A stretch of DNA of 58,018 nt, the filler included, from Sphacelaria rigidula (lineage: Eukaryota): the NCBI GenBank assembly GCA_964200075.2. It is 5 parts of 5 records of this genome, joined end to end, with 100 filler letters (N's around TTAATTAATTAA, not from the genome) between each part and the next. Parts side by side here need not be neighbours in the genome. Positions count along the whole stretch, not along the records: positions 11,627 to 23,151 come from CAXNAA020004831.1; positions 23,252 to 34,774 come from CAXNAA020004832.1; 3 more parts are not named here. One strand, 5' to 3'. Under the pieces are notes generated by a model, which did not search any database, had not been told where the DNA came from, and saw nothing but the letters and a program-made list of their open reading frames with translations. Made by a program: the position numbers and the translations under genes. Below, in pieces: positions 12,944-26,200 of the stretch. The stretch's first letter is position 1. Each line of letters opens with the position of its first letter.

Positions 12944-13400
12944 CACGGTCAATAACACCCTCCTGATAAACGGGGTCTCTACTCCGTATCACCCCCACAA
13001 CACCAACTTGGGCATTGTGATTTGAGCACGGTCTGCTTTTGTTACAAAAACTATCTACGCTAGCACTTTCGAGCGCTCATGGAAAGTGATATGCGAAAAA
13101 ACCCCGAAGGGAGGCCATCCGCAGAAAAAGCTAAACTGAGGTGTGTGCAGTATATGAAGGAACTAAGATCTCCATTGTTATTGTGAAGAATTTCGTACGC
13201 ATTCATTTATCTGAATATTTACCGTTTCGTTGCGGAAGAGCCAGAAAACTGTTGTCATTGGATCGGAAACGGTCAATAACACCCTCCTGATGAATGGGGT
13301 ATCTTATCCGTATCGCCCCAAAAACACCAACTTGGGCACTGCAGTTTGAGCGCGGCCTACGCTTTCCCCCCTAAATCTACCAGCGCTAGCACTTTCAAGT
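12944..13400. repeat. ~130-bp direct repeat pair
   Basis: ACGGTCAATAACACCCTCCTGAT...CACCAACTTGGGCA...CGCTAGCACTTTC at ~12944 and ~13269. Confidence 0.8.
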
Positions 13401-13602
13401 AGTAATGAAGAACAGTTCTCGAGAAGAACTCAAGAACTACAACTACGAATTCTACAGACTTCTGACGCTGACTACTGTAGAACGTTGGACAGATACACAA
13501 AGCGAATCTAGGCCTGAAGCCTTTCCGCTCACCCGCCCCACCAACCATCCCTCTTTCCCTGCTCGTCTACAACCAAACGCTTGTTGTTCCGTCTTGATGC
13601 AG

Positions 13603-16600
13603 CCACGGCTTCGCCTGGGAAGACGGTGCGGACGTTAAAACGAATGTACTTCCCCTGTACCACTACGTGAAGAACTACAACCGCACCGCAGAAGGGGGCT
13701 ATTACGGAAAGTGAGTACCGTCGTCACAATGATACTGAGAACCATCTCCAGCAAACACTCCATGATATCGATGCAGATGTCAAATCAGTCATCCAAGTCT
13801 CGGATTTCATTTTCGTTCGCGTGAAAAAGAGCTATATATATATATATATATATTATTTTCCTCGCACTTCGAACCCCTCCCCTTCCTCGGGATGAGTCCA
13901 TGGTCTCAAGGGATCAACCCATCTCTCCCCCGGTACGCGCCTTGCATTTTGGTCTCGCGGTTTGGGTCAGCACTCCCGCACCGTGTCAACTCACGTCACA
14001 CAAATCCAGTCGACTACTTTGTTTACTCACGTCCTCACGCTTTCCACCATGGAAATCACACATCACGGAGAATAAACCCGACGCATCGGGAATCGAACCC
14101 CCGTTCTCTCCACCCTGATGGCGACATTCGGACCATTACACCACCGAGTCAGTGGTCTATATATGCCAGCAGACATGTCTTAAACGTCTAATATCCATTC
14201 AAGACAGAGCGTCTCACTCAATACCCCAATGCCAGCATATCCCGCTCACGATCCGTGGAGCTACAGCATGTGATGTGCTGTATTCATCATCATCAGCGGG
14301 GGGCACGACAGCCCGCACCCCCACAAGGCGCCGTGGTCATGTGGAGGTAACGTTCGTAGTCTGTGTCGCTTAAACCGACAGTACCACAGAACAGGCCATT
14401 GTAAGGGGAGGAGGGTGAAACTTCGCAGTTCAGACGGATGCAGCGAGCTTAGGCTTCCAACACCAATACACTGTGAATTTGTAGCGCACGATGTTATTAC
14501 GGCGCGTGCACGAAAGTATGAAGTATCCTGGTCTTCTCACACTGGCGGGTGAGGTGCGTTGTGTAAGTTGCGTTCGACGCCGCCGACTACCGCTGTAGCC
14601 ACCCTACGGAACACATCAAGTCCGGGCCGGGTCGTGTCACACACGAAATAGTTGAGAGACAAGCTACTCCCACGAACGAGAGATCTGAAAGAAGAGTGTG
14701 TGGCGTCTAGAACATGGATTTTGTCTGGACTACACTATGATTGGTGTCTTGATGGGTGATCTCCCCTCTTCAATCACTTGTTTCTGTTCTCTTTGGTGTG
14801 TGTACAGTATCGGCGAAGTTGTGCGAAAGTCGTTCGACGACGTTCGAGTCACGCTACGATAGGGGGGGGGTGGGGGGGGGTATTTTGGGCCGTCTTCTTC
14901 CACGATGTTCTACTTGCAATCGTCGTTGATAGTAACAACAGTACGAGCTGGGCCAGCTTAAACGCGGCTAAAAGTTGCTCACACTACAGCTTTCCTAGTT
15001 TCCCGAATGAACCCGATGTGAGCATATCACTGTGAAGTGTAGACCAACCTAACACACGGCACCGCCGCTGAATTGAAAAAAATAAATAAATTACTGCATA
15101 ATGCATGACCTTGAGTTCGAACCCATGACCTCCACAGTTGGAGTCTCCCAATCCCATCCCTTGATTTATAGGGGTGCAGCAGCGTCACGGAAAATGTTGA
15201 ACGCGCGGCCCAATTCGACGACTCTTGAGCTGAAATTTCAGGTAGACCTTCTGCACCCAAGGTACTGATACTTCACGTGAGCAGCTGCAGATTTTGTTTT
15301 TTTTCCTCTGGACTTATGACATCATCTTTGTTTTGCTGAATTTTTAAATGCCCATATATATATTTATACATATATTCTCTATTTTTTTCTTTGCTGCTGA
15401 CGTGATCTTCTGCATCTCGATCATAGAAAGCTGCTGTCAAAGTTTCAGCGTCCAACTCCTAATATCGCGCCGTATGTCGCCTGAGCGAGATTCACACCTA
15501 CTCTTGGCTGGCCCAGCTAGTAGTTCGAGCGCGCTTGCTTCCGATTTGTAAGGCTCATTCATACCGTTTGACATCGCTTTTACCCAATGAAAGCGCACCG
15601 CGTGTGTGTTGGGTCGTCTGACGCACCTTTGAGCCCATTTTTTTGGTGAAATCGTACACCCCCCCCCCCCCCCCCCCTTCCCTCGCTTTCCTCTTTNNNN
15701 NNNNNNCCCGGGTGTTTTTTTGGGCCTTCGGCCCCCCTTTGGGCCCCTTTTTTTTGTTAAAACTCCCCCCCCCCCCCCCCCCCCTATCGTAGCATGACTC
15801 GTTCGCGTCTGCCGCCTGCTACCTAGCAGGGATTATGGAAATCAAAATTTCTTATGGGGACGAATGGTTTTGATGGTGTTCGGAATTGAACGAAATTGTT
15901 CGCCTCGAAGAAACCTTGGAGGGGAATGGAGCCACTCAAAAACGTTGTTTGGAACATCCAGCATTTCCCGCTTCAACGAGGACTTGAAGTGACGCTGTTA
16001 TAAACGACCCCCCCCACCCCCCCCCGCCCCCCCCCCCCCCCCGACCCCACACCCCCCCCCCCCCCCCCCCCCCCCCCCGCCANNNNNNNNNNGGAGCCAC
16101 TAAAAAACTTTTTTTGAACCACCCAGCTTTTCCCCCTCCAACGAGGGCTTGAAGGGCCCCTGTTATAAACCCCCCCCCCCCCCCCCCCACCCCTCCCGCG
16201 CGATGAGCACACGCCCCCCCCCCAAGCGTGCGTGTGTGACGATGCGCAATTTCTTGATCTATTCATCCCCTGTTAGCTCTTTGGCTTCGATTAGCCTGAT
16301 CGGGCGTGAACTCAGCGTGGTCCGTTTCGATTTAGTAGGGACGAACCCCGCCCGGAGTTGGCGTCGGTTGGCAATGACGCTGTAACACACGCCACTCACT
16401 GCGTAAGCTAGGCAACCAGGTTGCCGTTTTTTTTAACGCGCGTGCATTTTCTTTGCGGTAACCGTGATGGTGGTCGAGGAAGATCGTATTATGTAGAGTG
16501 GGAAAACCTCAATTTCGCGCAAACGGAATGATAATACTACATAGCGTTTACGTGGTGAGACACCTACGAGGCAGTCTGTCGCACGTGGTTGTCTCTGCAG

Positions 16601-18195
16601 GTGGCGATACCAGAAAATGGATCAATTCATTGGCGGCTGCAATTCAAATGCAAGATAATTAGTGCGCTTCGGGCCGAGAATTTAAGCAGGATGCATCTCA
16701 CCTTTCATGCGACCCGCCGAACACATCACGGTGCTTCGAGCTTGGTGAGAGATAGCGAGCCTGGTCCGGCGAGAACCCAGCGTGCTCCGTCTCTACTTTG
16801 TAGGGATGCGACGTCATTGGTCATACGACTATGGCATGCCAGATCATGGGTGACCTCCCCCGCCCCCCGCGCCGTTCGCTCTTTTGCGATATTCTACCGC
16901 TCATTCATCTGTCTGTATCGAACCACGGACAGCATCGAGGGTTCGCCGGAGTGCGGATGTATCGAGGAAATGCCCGTGGTGTCGGAGGCGGCGTGTACCA
17001 GGCACCACGCCAGCGGACTCGTACCCTGCGGCATGAACCGGCTCTACAACGACTACAATTTCCGCCTGGACCAACCGAAGGGACCCATGGACTTCAACCT
17101 CGTCAAGAAATGCGACAATGAAGACGTACCTGACTACGATTACCGCTCTTGCAAGCATGGCACGTATATGTGCTGCTGGACAGACAACAACGGAAACGGC
17201 ATGAAGGACAACACGGACGTTTGCCGTGTCGTAGACTACCCCGAGATTGGGGAGACAGTCGAGTACCCTGGAGAGAGCGAGGGAGAAGTGCACTGCCACG
17301 GGTTCGTGTGGCCTGAAGGGGCAGAGGACGTCTACATCCACCTTCTCGCGCAGTATGTGCAGAACTTCGACCACAGGGACAGGAGGGGCTACTTCGGGAA
17401 GTGAGTTTCTTGCATGGCTTGCTCATTCATGCATAGCCTGCCATTCTGATCGAAACATTAACATATCGTGCTGTCGTTGTGCCATTCTCGTTTTTTCGCG
17501 AGCGCATCAGGGGGCTTTATAATTTCGTGAGTCTTGAGGTGCCCGGTTATGAGTCCACACCATTGGTTATTTGCCGCCCTTTGCGACCTTTGATAAAAAA
17601 AAAATTGCGAGGCTCAACGACTATATTTTCAAACCAGCCTTTATTTTCATTTTGTGTAGTGAACGGGGTAATTAAAACGGCATGCCAGTGATCACTACGC
17701 TAGTAGTCGTTGGATAAGCCTTGATCGCGAAAGATTACACGGGAAGGCGCATAGCTGCAGGCTGGCAAAGACAGATATGCAAACCCAAAATGAGCGAAGC
17801 CGACTGATTACATTGTAATTGAAGCTATGGGTAAAACTTCATGAACTATCCCCCAAAGCTTAATCGTGGCGATAGCGCGCAAAGAGCGCAACGACAAAAA
17901 CAAAAGTCTGGCGATGTCCTCCAACACTACTAGGCCTTCTAACGTGCAATCATTACCCAACCTTCCCACGCATGTACCGCTGTGCAACCGCAGCATCGAG
18001 GGTACGCCCATGTGCGGGTGCATCGAGGAAATGCCCGTGGTCTCGGAGGCGGACTGCACTACCTACGACCCGGAACTCGAGGGAAAGTTTACGGCTTGTA
18101 CCAACAACGACCTGCTCACCCGATACTACGAGGAGTACCCCGAGGGTGATCTGACCAACCTCGTAGGAACATGCGACAACAAGGACGACGTGTAA
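13603..18195 (+). CDS. Partial gene for a protein with a tandemly repeated Cys/His-rich domain, function unknown
   Basis: Exons 13603-13710 (HGFAWEDGADVKTNVLPLYHYVKNYNRTAEGGYYG), 16933-17400 (IEGSPECGCIEEMPVVSEAAC...CCWTDNNGNGMKDNTDVC...EVHCHGFVWPEG...DHRDRRGYFG) and 17994-18195 (IEGTPMCGCIEEMPVVSEADC...DV*). Both introns are phase 2 with GTGAGT donors. The 5' end is missing. Confidence 0.88.
13862..14148 (-). mobile_element. tRNA-derived SINE, family B
   Basis: Minus strand starts GGTGGTGTAATGGTCCGA...GGGGTTCGATTCCCG (A and B boxes); homologous to 19278-19562 and 46575-46862. Confidence 0.82.
14846..15800. mobile_element. MITE family A carrying nested insertions
   Basis: GAGTCACGCTACGATAGGGG at 14846 and CCCCTATCGTAGCATGACTC at 15800; the segment 14930-15020 is an inverted match to 11627-11710. 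Confidence 0.65.
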
Positions 18196-19269
18196 TGGCA
18201 ATGAGGGGATTTATGTGGAGTTGTGACAAGTGAGCACACGCGTAGTCATTTGTCTCGGATCGGATGCGTCACGTTGTCTACATTGTTGGGCTATATCTAT
18301 GGCTCTTGTTTGCCGCAGAGCTGCACACAGTATCCGTTCGCGCGACATGGTGTTCGTGCGTGTACAACGTCTCCATTCGAGGAAGTTTGTCCTACAAACA
18401 GCTTGTAGTAAGTCGAGCGCGGAGTTTTCTGTACACCCCACCTTATCCTGATGGTACTTTCGGTACAGCATTTACTTTGTCAGTTTTCGTGTCGTCTCGT
18501 TTACGCTGAGTACATCTCGTTCAGCTGAGGGTTCGTGTCAGAATACCATGGATCGTTCTTATCGTGCCATTTCTAAATGTGAAGCAAACGACTGTCGGGA
18601 TAAATTTGACAGCTGGCGGGTGTTGGCAAACGCGGGTTTCTCGGTGTCGAACGCAACGGTTGGTGCACGCTTTCACTCAGCAGCCGCCATGCGGGGTACC
18701 GCACAACGTCTTATTTGCAGGGTACCGCATAAGGTTTTTCATGTGTATGAAAAGGTACAAAAAAATCTAGTCTCCCGGTGCGCAGTGCGTGTCGGTTTCG
18801 TCGAGTTGAGGGAAATCAGTCGGTTTCTTCGGAGTGCTGGGGAATGGAATGCGCTGGAAATTGTTCGACCGCATCAGCAACCGTCAATACGTTAAGACAG
18901 GTTTTGTGCCCACGCATGTATGAGTCTCGCAGTGAAACCTCGATCTTTGTGTATGCCATATTTTATGCTCATCATTCAGTGAGTATGTCATACGTTTTTG
19001 CCTCGACTCGTCGATCCATGTTGAAGTTGCGTGTGGGCGCCAGAATGATGGCTGGTATTACTGTATCAATGATTGCGTATGATATGCATATTGTGTATTT
19101 AGATATATGTAAATAATAAAACTATACACATGCATAACGTAGGCGTTGACGCCGCCGCGTCCCTGTGGTGTCCGACTGTCGCCGTAAGTGTGGGGATGAT
19201 TTGCATAATGTATATTTAGATACATGTATAAGATAAAACTAGATACACGTATATTGTAGGCTGTGGCGC

Positions 19270-19562
19270 CGCTGCGTCCCTGTGGTGTATTGGTCCGACT
19301 GTCGCCGTAAGTGCGGAGAGAACAAGGATTCGACTCCCGATGTACTAGTTTTTTCTTCGTCGTATTTGATTTTTACAGTGGAAAGCGTGAACACGGAAGT
19401 AAACAAAGTAGTCGACTGAGTTTGTTCGACGTAAGTTGCCGCGATACGGGAATGCTGATCCAATCCGGGGGACAAACATGCAAGGCATGTACCGGGGAGA
19501 GATCGATGTATCTCTTGAGACCACGGACTTGTCCGGAGGAAGGGGAGGGGTTCAAAGTGCGA
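19270..19562 (+). mobile_element. tRNA-derived SINE, family B
   Basis: GTGGTGTATTGGTCCGA...GGATTCGACTCCCG head; the body matches the other copies through GGGGAGGGGTTCAAAGTGCGA. Confidence 0.8.
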
Positions 19563-21299
19563 CAGATGAATAGTGAAAAAAAAAACACAAAATGATTGAG
19601 GCTGCAGACAAGACCATGGGTGTAGCATTATGTGGTGCATTTTGTGTCAAGGCGAGCAGTTTGGCGGGGTTTATTTCCGACGAGGTCACCACGGAAGAGG
19701 GTACCTCTTTTGTTTTTGTCGTGTGTGCTGGATTGGTATTCACGTATCTTTTCTTCGGACAGAGGTACAGAGTCACTGGTGCATGAGGTAGGCCTCGGAT
19801 TGCTTGAATCGCTCTGTATGTGCCCAGACGTTGGTTCTCGTTCGGTCCCCTGTGAAGCCTTGGCTTGAGGGTTTTGGGGTTTGTCAAGGGACCATTCTTA
19901 GTCTGGTGTCTTCTTGCAGTATGTTGCGTACTTGTTGCTTTGGATTTCTCGTTGGTTTTTCAGGTTCCTTCTCGCTCTTATACCCGATATGCTTCCTCGG
20001 GGAGTATCGCGTTCTACTTTCATTGAGTGCGTACGTTCACGTACAATATATATATGGTCGAGACTGACGCGTCGCGAATCATTTTCGATGCGAAGCATTC
20101 GTTTATCAAGACCGATTCTCAATGCTTTTGTGCACACTTATGATGCTGGGAGTGATGCATTAACGGACAGTCAGACAAGCGAAGGTTGGCCTTGACTACA
20201 GCAGGAGCACCATTATCTGGAATACTTCGTTGATGCCTTCGACAAACCCAACGACGATGCCGCTTTCATGGTCGATTGACGGTACAGAGGGGTTTGTACA
20301 AATATTCAAATATTCACGCGCGACACGGTTGGAAAATGTGTTCCGCACCGTGACTGAAAGTCGAAGGTGCTCAAACCGGGGTCACGTTAAACGTTGTATT
20401 CGGTTGGCCCATAATTTGCCAGTAAACCCCTCACAACACAATATCCGTCGGTGTTGCTCCTCAGGAAGTGTTTTCCCCCATGTGGACTACGTCGTACCGA
20501 GGTCTGTGAACTTGAGCCATCACGTCGGGGCAGGATCTTGGCTTTATGGCATGTGTGATAGAAAAGGGTGCTTGGTCACTTCGAAGGGTCACACGTACCT
20601 CGCGTAATAAATCCACTGGTTCACGCAAGAGTAGTGGCTCTGACCGAGTTGGGCTTCTGAAGAGGTGGCGCTCACAGTGTACGATGTGTTTTCATGAGAG
20701 ACCGAGACGACTTGCATCGAGGAAACCTTTACCCCGATCAAAGCTTGCCCGAAGGGAACTTCACTGACCCGTAAAATCAAAGATGTTCATGTTCCAAAAA
20801 CAGATACTATCAAATAGCTATGTGGTCAAAAAGCAACAATCCAAATAAAAGCGACCGGAACCAAGCGGCGAGTTTTTGGATGGAAGGGCCTGCAATATTT
20901 GACACGGACTCGAAAAATTCCTCGGAGGGCACACAGCGTGCTGTTAAGTCGAAGCGTGGACAGATTGGTTTTGAAAGTGGCGTGTACCGGTCAATACACA
21001 CAGAACACACGCGTACGATAAGGAACACAATGGCAGAAAAAGAAGGAGAGGAAAGGAGATAAAGGTAAATGCCAAGGGTGGGCGTGCCTGAGAGCCCTGC
21101 ACAGCAAAATATCCCTGATCCGCCTCGGCTTAGTGCTTGGTACATCGTACACTTAACAAAACGCTCAGTTCATTCTCAGTACAATTTTCCGACCAGAATA
21201 AGGTTCTACTCACTTCCATTCGCAAACGCCAGTCATTGTTGAAAGCGTTTTTATCTTCCTCGAACGAATGATCCGATAATCATATTCAACCACATCTGA

Positions 21300-21754
21300 C
21301 ACTATATTCGTGAGATTCAGAACGTAGTTTCAGATTCAGAGTGAGACCCGAAACAATCGACTTTCCCATCGATTTTGACATCGCCATAGTTCAAGAGTGA
21401 TGTGCCCAGCTGGTGAAGCGGTGGCTTCAATGAAAGCTGTCACCTGCACGAACAATTTGACACATCACTTGATCGCAACGACGTAGTCAGTCCATTCCAA
21501 CAAAATATCCCCTCTTCCAGGAAAAAACGATTAGTGCCTGAAACAGTTTCAGTTCCGAAATGCCCCCCAGGCGTAAATATGCTTTATGCGGTATCTCACC
21601 AACCAGACCGCCGAATTCCTCGAATGGGGTACTGTACGGTAGCTGCATGCACAGCAAGTCTGCTCAAGCAAAAAAACAAAAACATTGCCTGTTAGCAGCG
21701 CTAGAGCATCCACTCTGAATCTGAAGCTACGTTCTGAATCTCACGAATATAGTG
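21300..21754. mobile_element. Non-autonomous CACTA-like element
   Basis: ~44-bp terminal inverted repeats CACTATATTCGTGAGATTCAGAACGTAG...CTACGTTCTGAATCTCACGAATATAGTG; flanks TGA/TTA (imperfect 3-bp duplication). Confidence 0.72.
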
Positions 21755-23151
21755 TTATCTGACCACTACTCCTTATCAAATATGAATCTCCCATTACTTT
21801 CCACGGGAATTCCCGCTTATGTGGGGGCTATACCGCCTTAGACGGGATCTTATCGAAGTGGATTTTACCCTTTTTGGAAGCCCCCATTAAAAAAAAACGG
21901 TTGCTAATTAGTCGCTGCGATTCTACCCCCCAAAAGGTGTGTCCAAAACGCCCCTCTGAAAAGGGTAAATAAACACTCCCGGAAATCCCCTGTTGAGAAG
22001 GGGATTCTTGGCCAACTCGGAGCGGAACACACATGTCCCGTCGACGAGGCGCACGCTGAGCTTGTCACACAACCCAACACAACCAACAGTGTTATGAGAT
22101 ACGGACATGAGTATAAACTGGCCCTTGCTACACTCCACCTTTCAACAAGATATGACTGATGGGTAGGAGAAGTAGGTTTTTATGTGGGTAGTTAACATGT
22201 ATGTGCTGCGTAGACATTCTGCTCTTGGCGTAGGGTACATGAGGCGGTACCCTATCAAGGCTGCGGCCCTCGCAGGCGTAACCGTGGAAGACGGTGTCCC
22301 AAAACGCACACCCTACACAAGGTCGCTGGTTTTTGTATTATTTATTCCTTACGTGCTTACTGTTCTACTATCTACCAACACTATTGTCAAGAGGTTGGAG
22401 AGAGTATAGCAATGAAGCACGCAACAAGCTATGCAAATGAATCAGTGCAAGATCTATGGGTCGTGTCCGCAACGAGCCACACCTCACGAAATTTTCACAC
22501 AATAGCAGGTTGATATCCGCATGATCTTTAAGACTCTTGTCAGCTCGTATTCGCTATCGCTCTGTCCAATTCTCCTTCACGTCGCTCACCGAAGTATAGT
22601 AAGCCTTGCAGCAGGCTTCACGTCGCAAGTATCTGGGGTGGCTACAAGAATTACTACCTATTCCCTTTTATCAAACTTAGATCCGATCAGATCAAGCCTG
22701 ATCAGACTTACCATCATACAGTCCCGGATATTTGGCTATGAAGGCCTCCTAGCTTCATGACAGTGGCCCACCCAGACGCACCTGTATGTAAGTTGCACTG
22801 AGGAGTCTCGAAAAGCAACGACAATCGATGTTTTTCTCCACGTGAAGTTATGGATGGGAAAGAAGGCGGACTTCAATTCTGTGAAAGAACCCGACCACAG
22901 TGACTGGAAGAAAATTACACCCAAAACCAGGAGGGCACTGTTCACTCCGTTGCCCGATCCTCCCACGCCTCAAACAAGGAAAGCATAATCTGCTACGAAA
23001 AAGTGCAATTGCGCTTGAATATGCAGGAGCACAAAATGATGATGCGACCTAGCGAACTCGATGGGAAGAAGAAAATAACAGACAATAATATGAAATAAGG
23101 TTGTACGATGAAATGAGGATCAAGCCCAAAGCAGTGCTTTCCCCACACTTT

Positions 23152-23251
23152 NNNNNNNNNNNNNNNNNNNNNNNNNNNNNNNNNNNNNNNNNNNNTTAAT
23201 TAATTAANNNNNNNNNNNNNNNNNNNNNNNNNNNNNNNNNNNNNNNNNNNN
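23152..23251. other. Artificial contig-joining spacer
   Basis: Same N44-TTAATTAATTAA-N44 structure. Confidence 0.98.
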
Positions 23252-26200
23252 AGGGTGAGCTGCACCCTGCTAAGATTGTTCAGCCCGAGGCCTACTGATT
23301 ATCTTGCATTTGGATGACAGCCTCAAATGAGTTGCTTTATCATCTGGTATCGCCACTTCCAGAAACCGTAACGGCCTATACACTGCCTCACGGGTGTCTC
23401 ACCATTATTCAGGGGGTGTCTCACAACAGGTTGTTCTTTGTCACCGCAGCGGCCGCGCAGCTGCTCATGATGTGCAAGTTAGTATACCAGCGTGTGCATA
23501 ATGCATTCATTCACGGTGCATGAAGTCTGGGCTGCGGGAAAACCGTCATGAGAGTGTCGGCGGCATTCCCTGTGCCGTGTCCGACTTGTGCGCAGAGTTC
23601 CACGCCGGATCATCTAGCCGCAGTGGAAAGGTCCACACGTAAGGTTGCCGTGAAAAAGTGGAAAATTGCGGTAGCCAACCATCAAGATATACATCAGATG
23701 TGGTTATGCCGCATATCCCATTTGCGGAAAGCTACCAGTGTCGTAACTGCACCCCTTCGGCAGCACGGTATCGGTGGGAACAAGTACACCAGGGCCCGTG
23801 AGGGCGCAGAGAGTTACGGTTCGGTACATGGTCTCCCGGCGCCTGAGGGTTTGAATGGTGTCGACGGCAACATCCATTGCAAACAGAGCTACTGTGCAGA
23901 CTAGATATGGCGCGCAAGTGTGGGTGTACGTCCATGTGTTGGTGCCGTCATTCGTGTCAGGATGTCAGGGTTAATTCTTTGGGAACCCTCCCCTTCCGTC
24001 CCCGGGCCGGACGCTTCCTTCTTTCAAGCCCTACGGCAACCATTTTTACGGCGGAAGGCCACAGAATAATCTACCAGCACATGTCAGGCGCGAACCAAAA
24101 ATGTCACCCCGGTACGGTCGGATTTGTTTTGTTCAATTAGGGGACGGGGTCAAGTGTGTTCAACTTTGTGCACACTGCTAAAATCAGCACTTGCGTGCCT
24201 GAACTCGTCACGAACAAAACTCGGCACCACCTGTCTATTTTCTAGATACGGAGTCCCGTGCTGCACTGGGGCACATTTTTACATCGTATACAGGTCTGAT
24301 AAACAAGTCTCGGGCTGATAGTTTTCCGTGGAAGCGGTAAAAGCTCAACCAAATGTTGTTCAAAGAACAGCACCTCGAATCCACCCTTTCCGATCGCCAG
24401 GGCCAAAAGGGTTATTGAACGTACATTTTGTGTACTCATATCAATTTTGCCGACATTCTGGACTTTTCATTGGGTAATTTGTCGGACTTTCTTCAAACGA
24501 AGCGCGTCGAAGGTTAACCAAGGTAAAAGTCTGCAGTCACGTGTGAGAAGTAACGGTTGCTTCCCCATGCGTGTGTACTCCATCGCCATCGGCAGGGAGT
24601 GGCCATCTCCAAATAGTATGGATTATCCTATCATATTAGAACAAAATTATATCGGTTATGAAGGCGCATTGAGACATTCCCGCGTGCGCCGCGCCGACGA
24701 ATGTTCGCTTCGGAAGAAATACTACTGTACGAACAGGCGGCATATGCCGACACAAAAGCTGCATGTAACAATCCGATGGTATATCAAAGACATGTCAAGA
24801 GGAGTGTTGCCCGCAAGCGAGGGCGCGCCGGTAGTCACCTTCCCCTGCCATGTTGCCGTGGGAACGAATTTTGTGGCTGAGTTCTTCCGCAAAATGCTTT
24901 GTGCCGTACCACTCACGAGCATGTGGCGTAGCGATTAGGCCCCAAAGCCCGCCTACACCCTAATCAATTTGCGGGGGGGTCCCATTACCGCATGATCAGA
25001 CACCGGGAGATCATGCAGTGGCGGATCATCGCATGGAGTCCCAGTCAGTACTCGCGGGGAGAATGGCATCCCGGGCGCCCTCGGCAAGTGTCCTCCATGA
25101 GCCACATATCCGTCGGCGAATGTCTGACATTCTAAAGATCTGTCCTCAACGTTTCCGGAGATGACCATACTCAGACAATCCAAAGTCACGCCTCTTGCTT
25201 CTATGTCGAAACTCCGAATCTATTCCCACCCCATCTCTCCTCCTTTTTCCAGCCACTCACCATGTTCGAATCAAACAGCGAAACGACATCGAGTTCCGAA
25301 AGCATCACTGACAATGCTTCGGCGTCGCTCCATACTGTAGTCGGTGACTGTTTTCCACCGTAAATCCAATCTCCTGACAGGAAAACATGCCTACGATGCC
25401 TCAATCGCCAGCGCAGCCACAAGTGCAGCGCACGTGTATTTGCAGAGCTGACGCCATGACGTGAACAACCGCCAACAACCACTTGAACTATTATCAAAAT
25501 CTACCGGGTACTTGATTTTGCGTCATCCACTCCCTAACCGGCCCCATACTTCACTGCCCACCTCTACGACATCGCTACGCACCTGAGAGAAAATGTACTA
25601 CGTGCGGTGAACATGAGATGTACAGGCGATGGATGGAACGAATGCGAGTCGTGTTCCTCACGTCTCATGGGATAATTCCCCATGATCGTATCACAAATGG
25701 GAGGGCATCACCGCTCGGAGTGTTGGTTGGATACGTGACGTGACACCTTCAAAATTTGGACTTCACAAATGTCTTATCTTCAACGAAGTGGAGCCTGTAT
25801 GTATGAACATACAGGCTAAGGAAATCCGGGTTATCACCGCCGTCAGGGCATATGTGGGCAACTTCAGTGTAACAAGCAGTGGCAAGGAATATCGACTCAT
25901 CCGACCATGGGACGAGCGGTCCTTCGGGCGATTTCCGCGTCGAAAACGCCGATTGAAATGGATCTTGAAGGCAGCAACTTCCGTTCGACCGTGCATGCTA
26001 CAGTGAAACGTGGGATATCGTAAATAATTGAGGATGGATTTTGTGTTGAGGATCTTACTGGACATCTTTATAACTATCGACATATTTTCGAGAAAGGAAT
26101 GCAAACGCACTCTTTGGCCGTGATGCTTGGCCTCGCCCATCCTCAAAAACATCCATCCGCGATTTTCTAAAATACCACGTAAATGCACAACCATTTCGAT

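Noticed and set aside
15925..16195. Tandem duplication around the 10-N gap at 16083-16092 (similar case at 15697-15706)
   Set aside because: Probably low-quality read overlap across poly-C tracts; assembly artefact.
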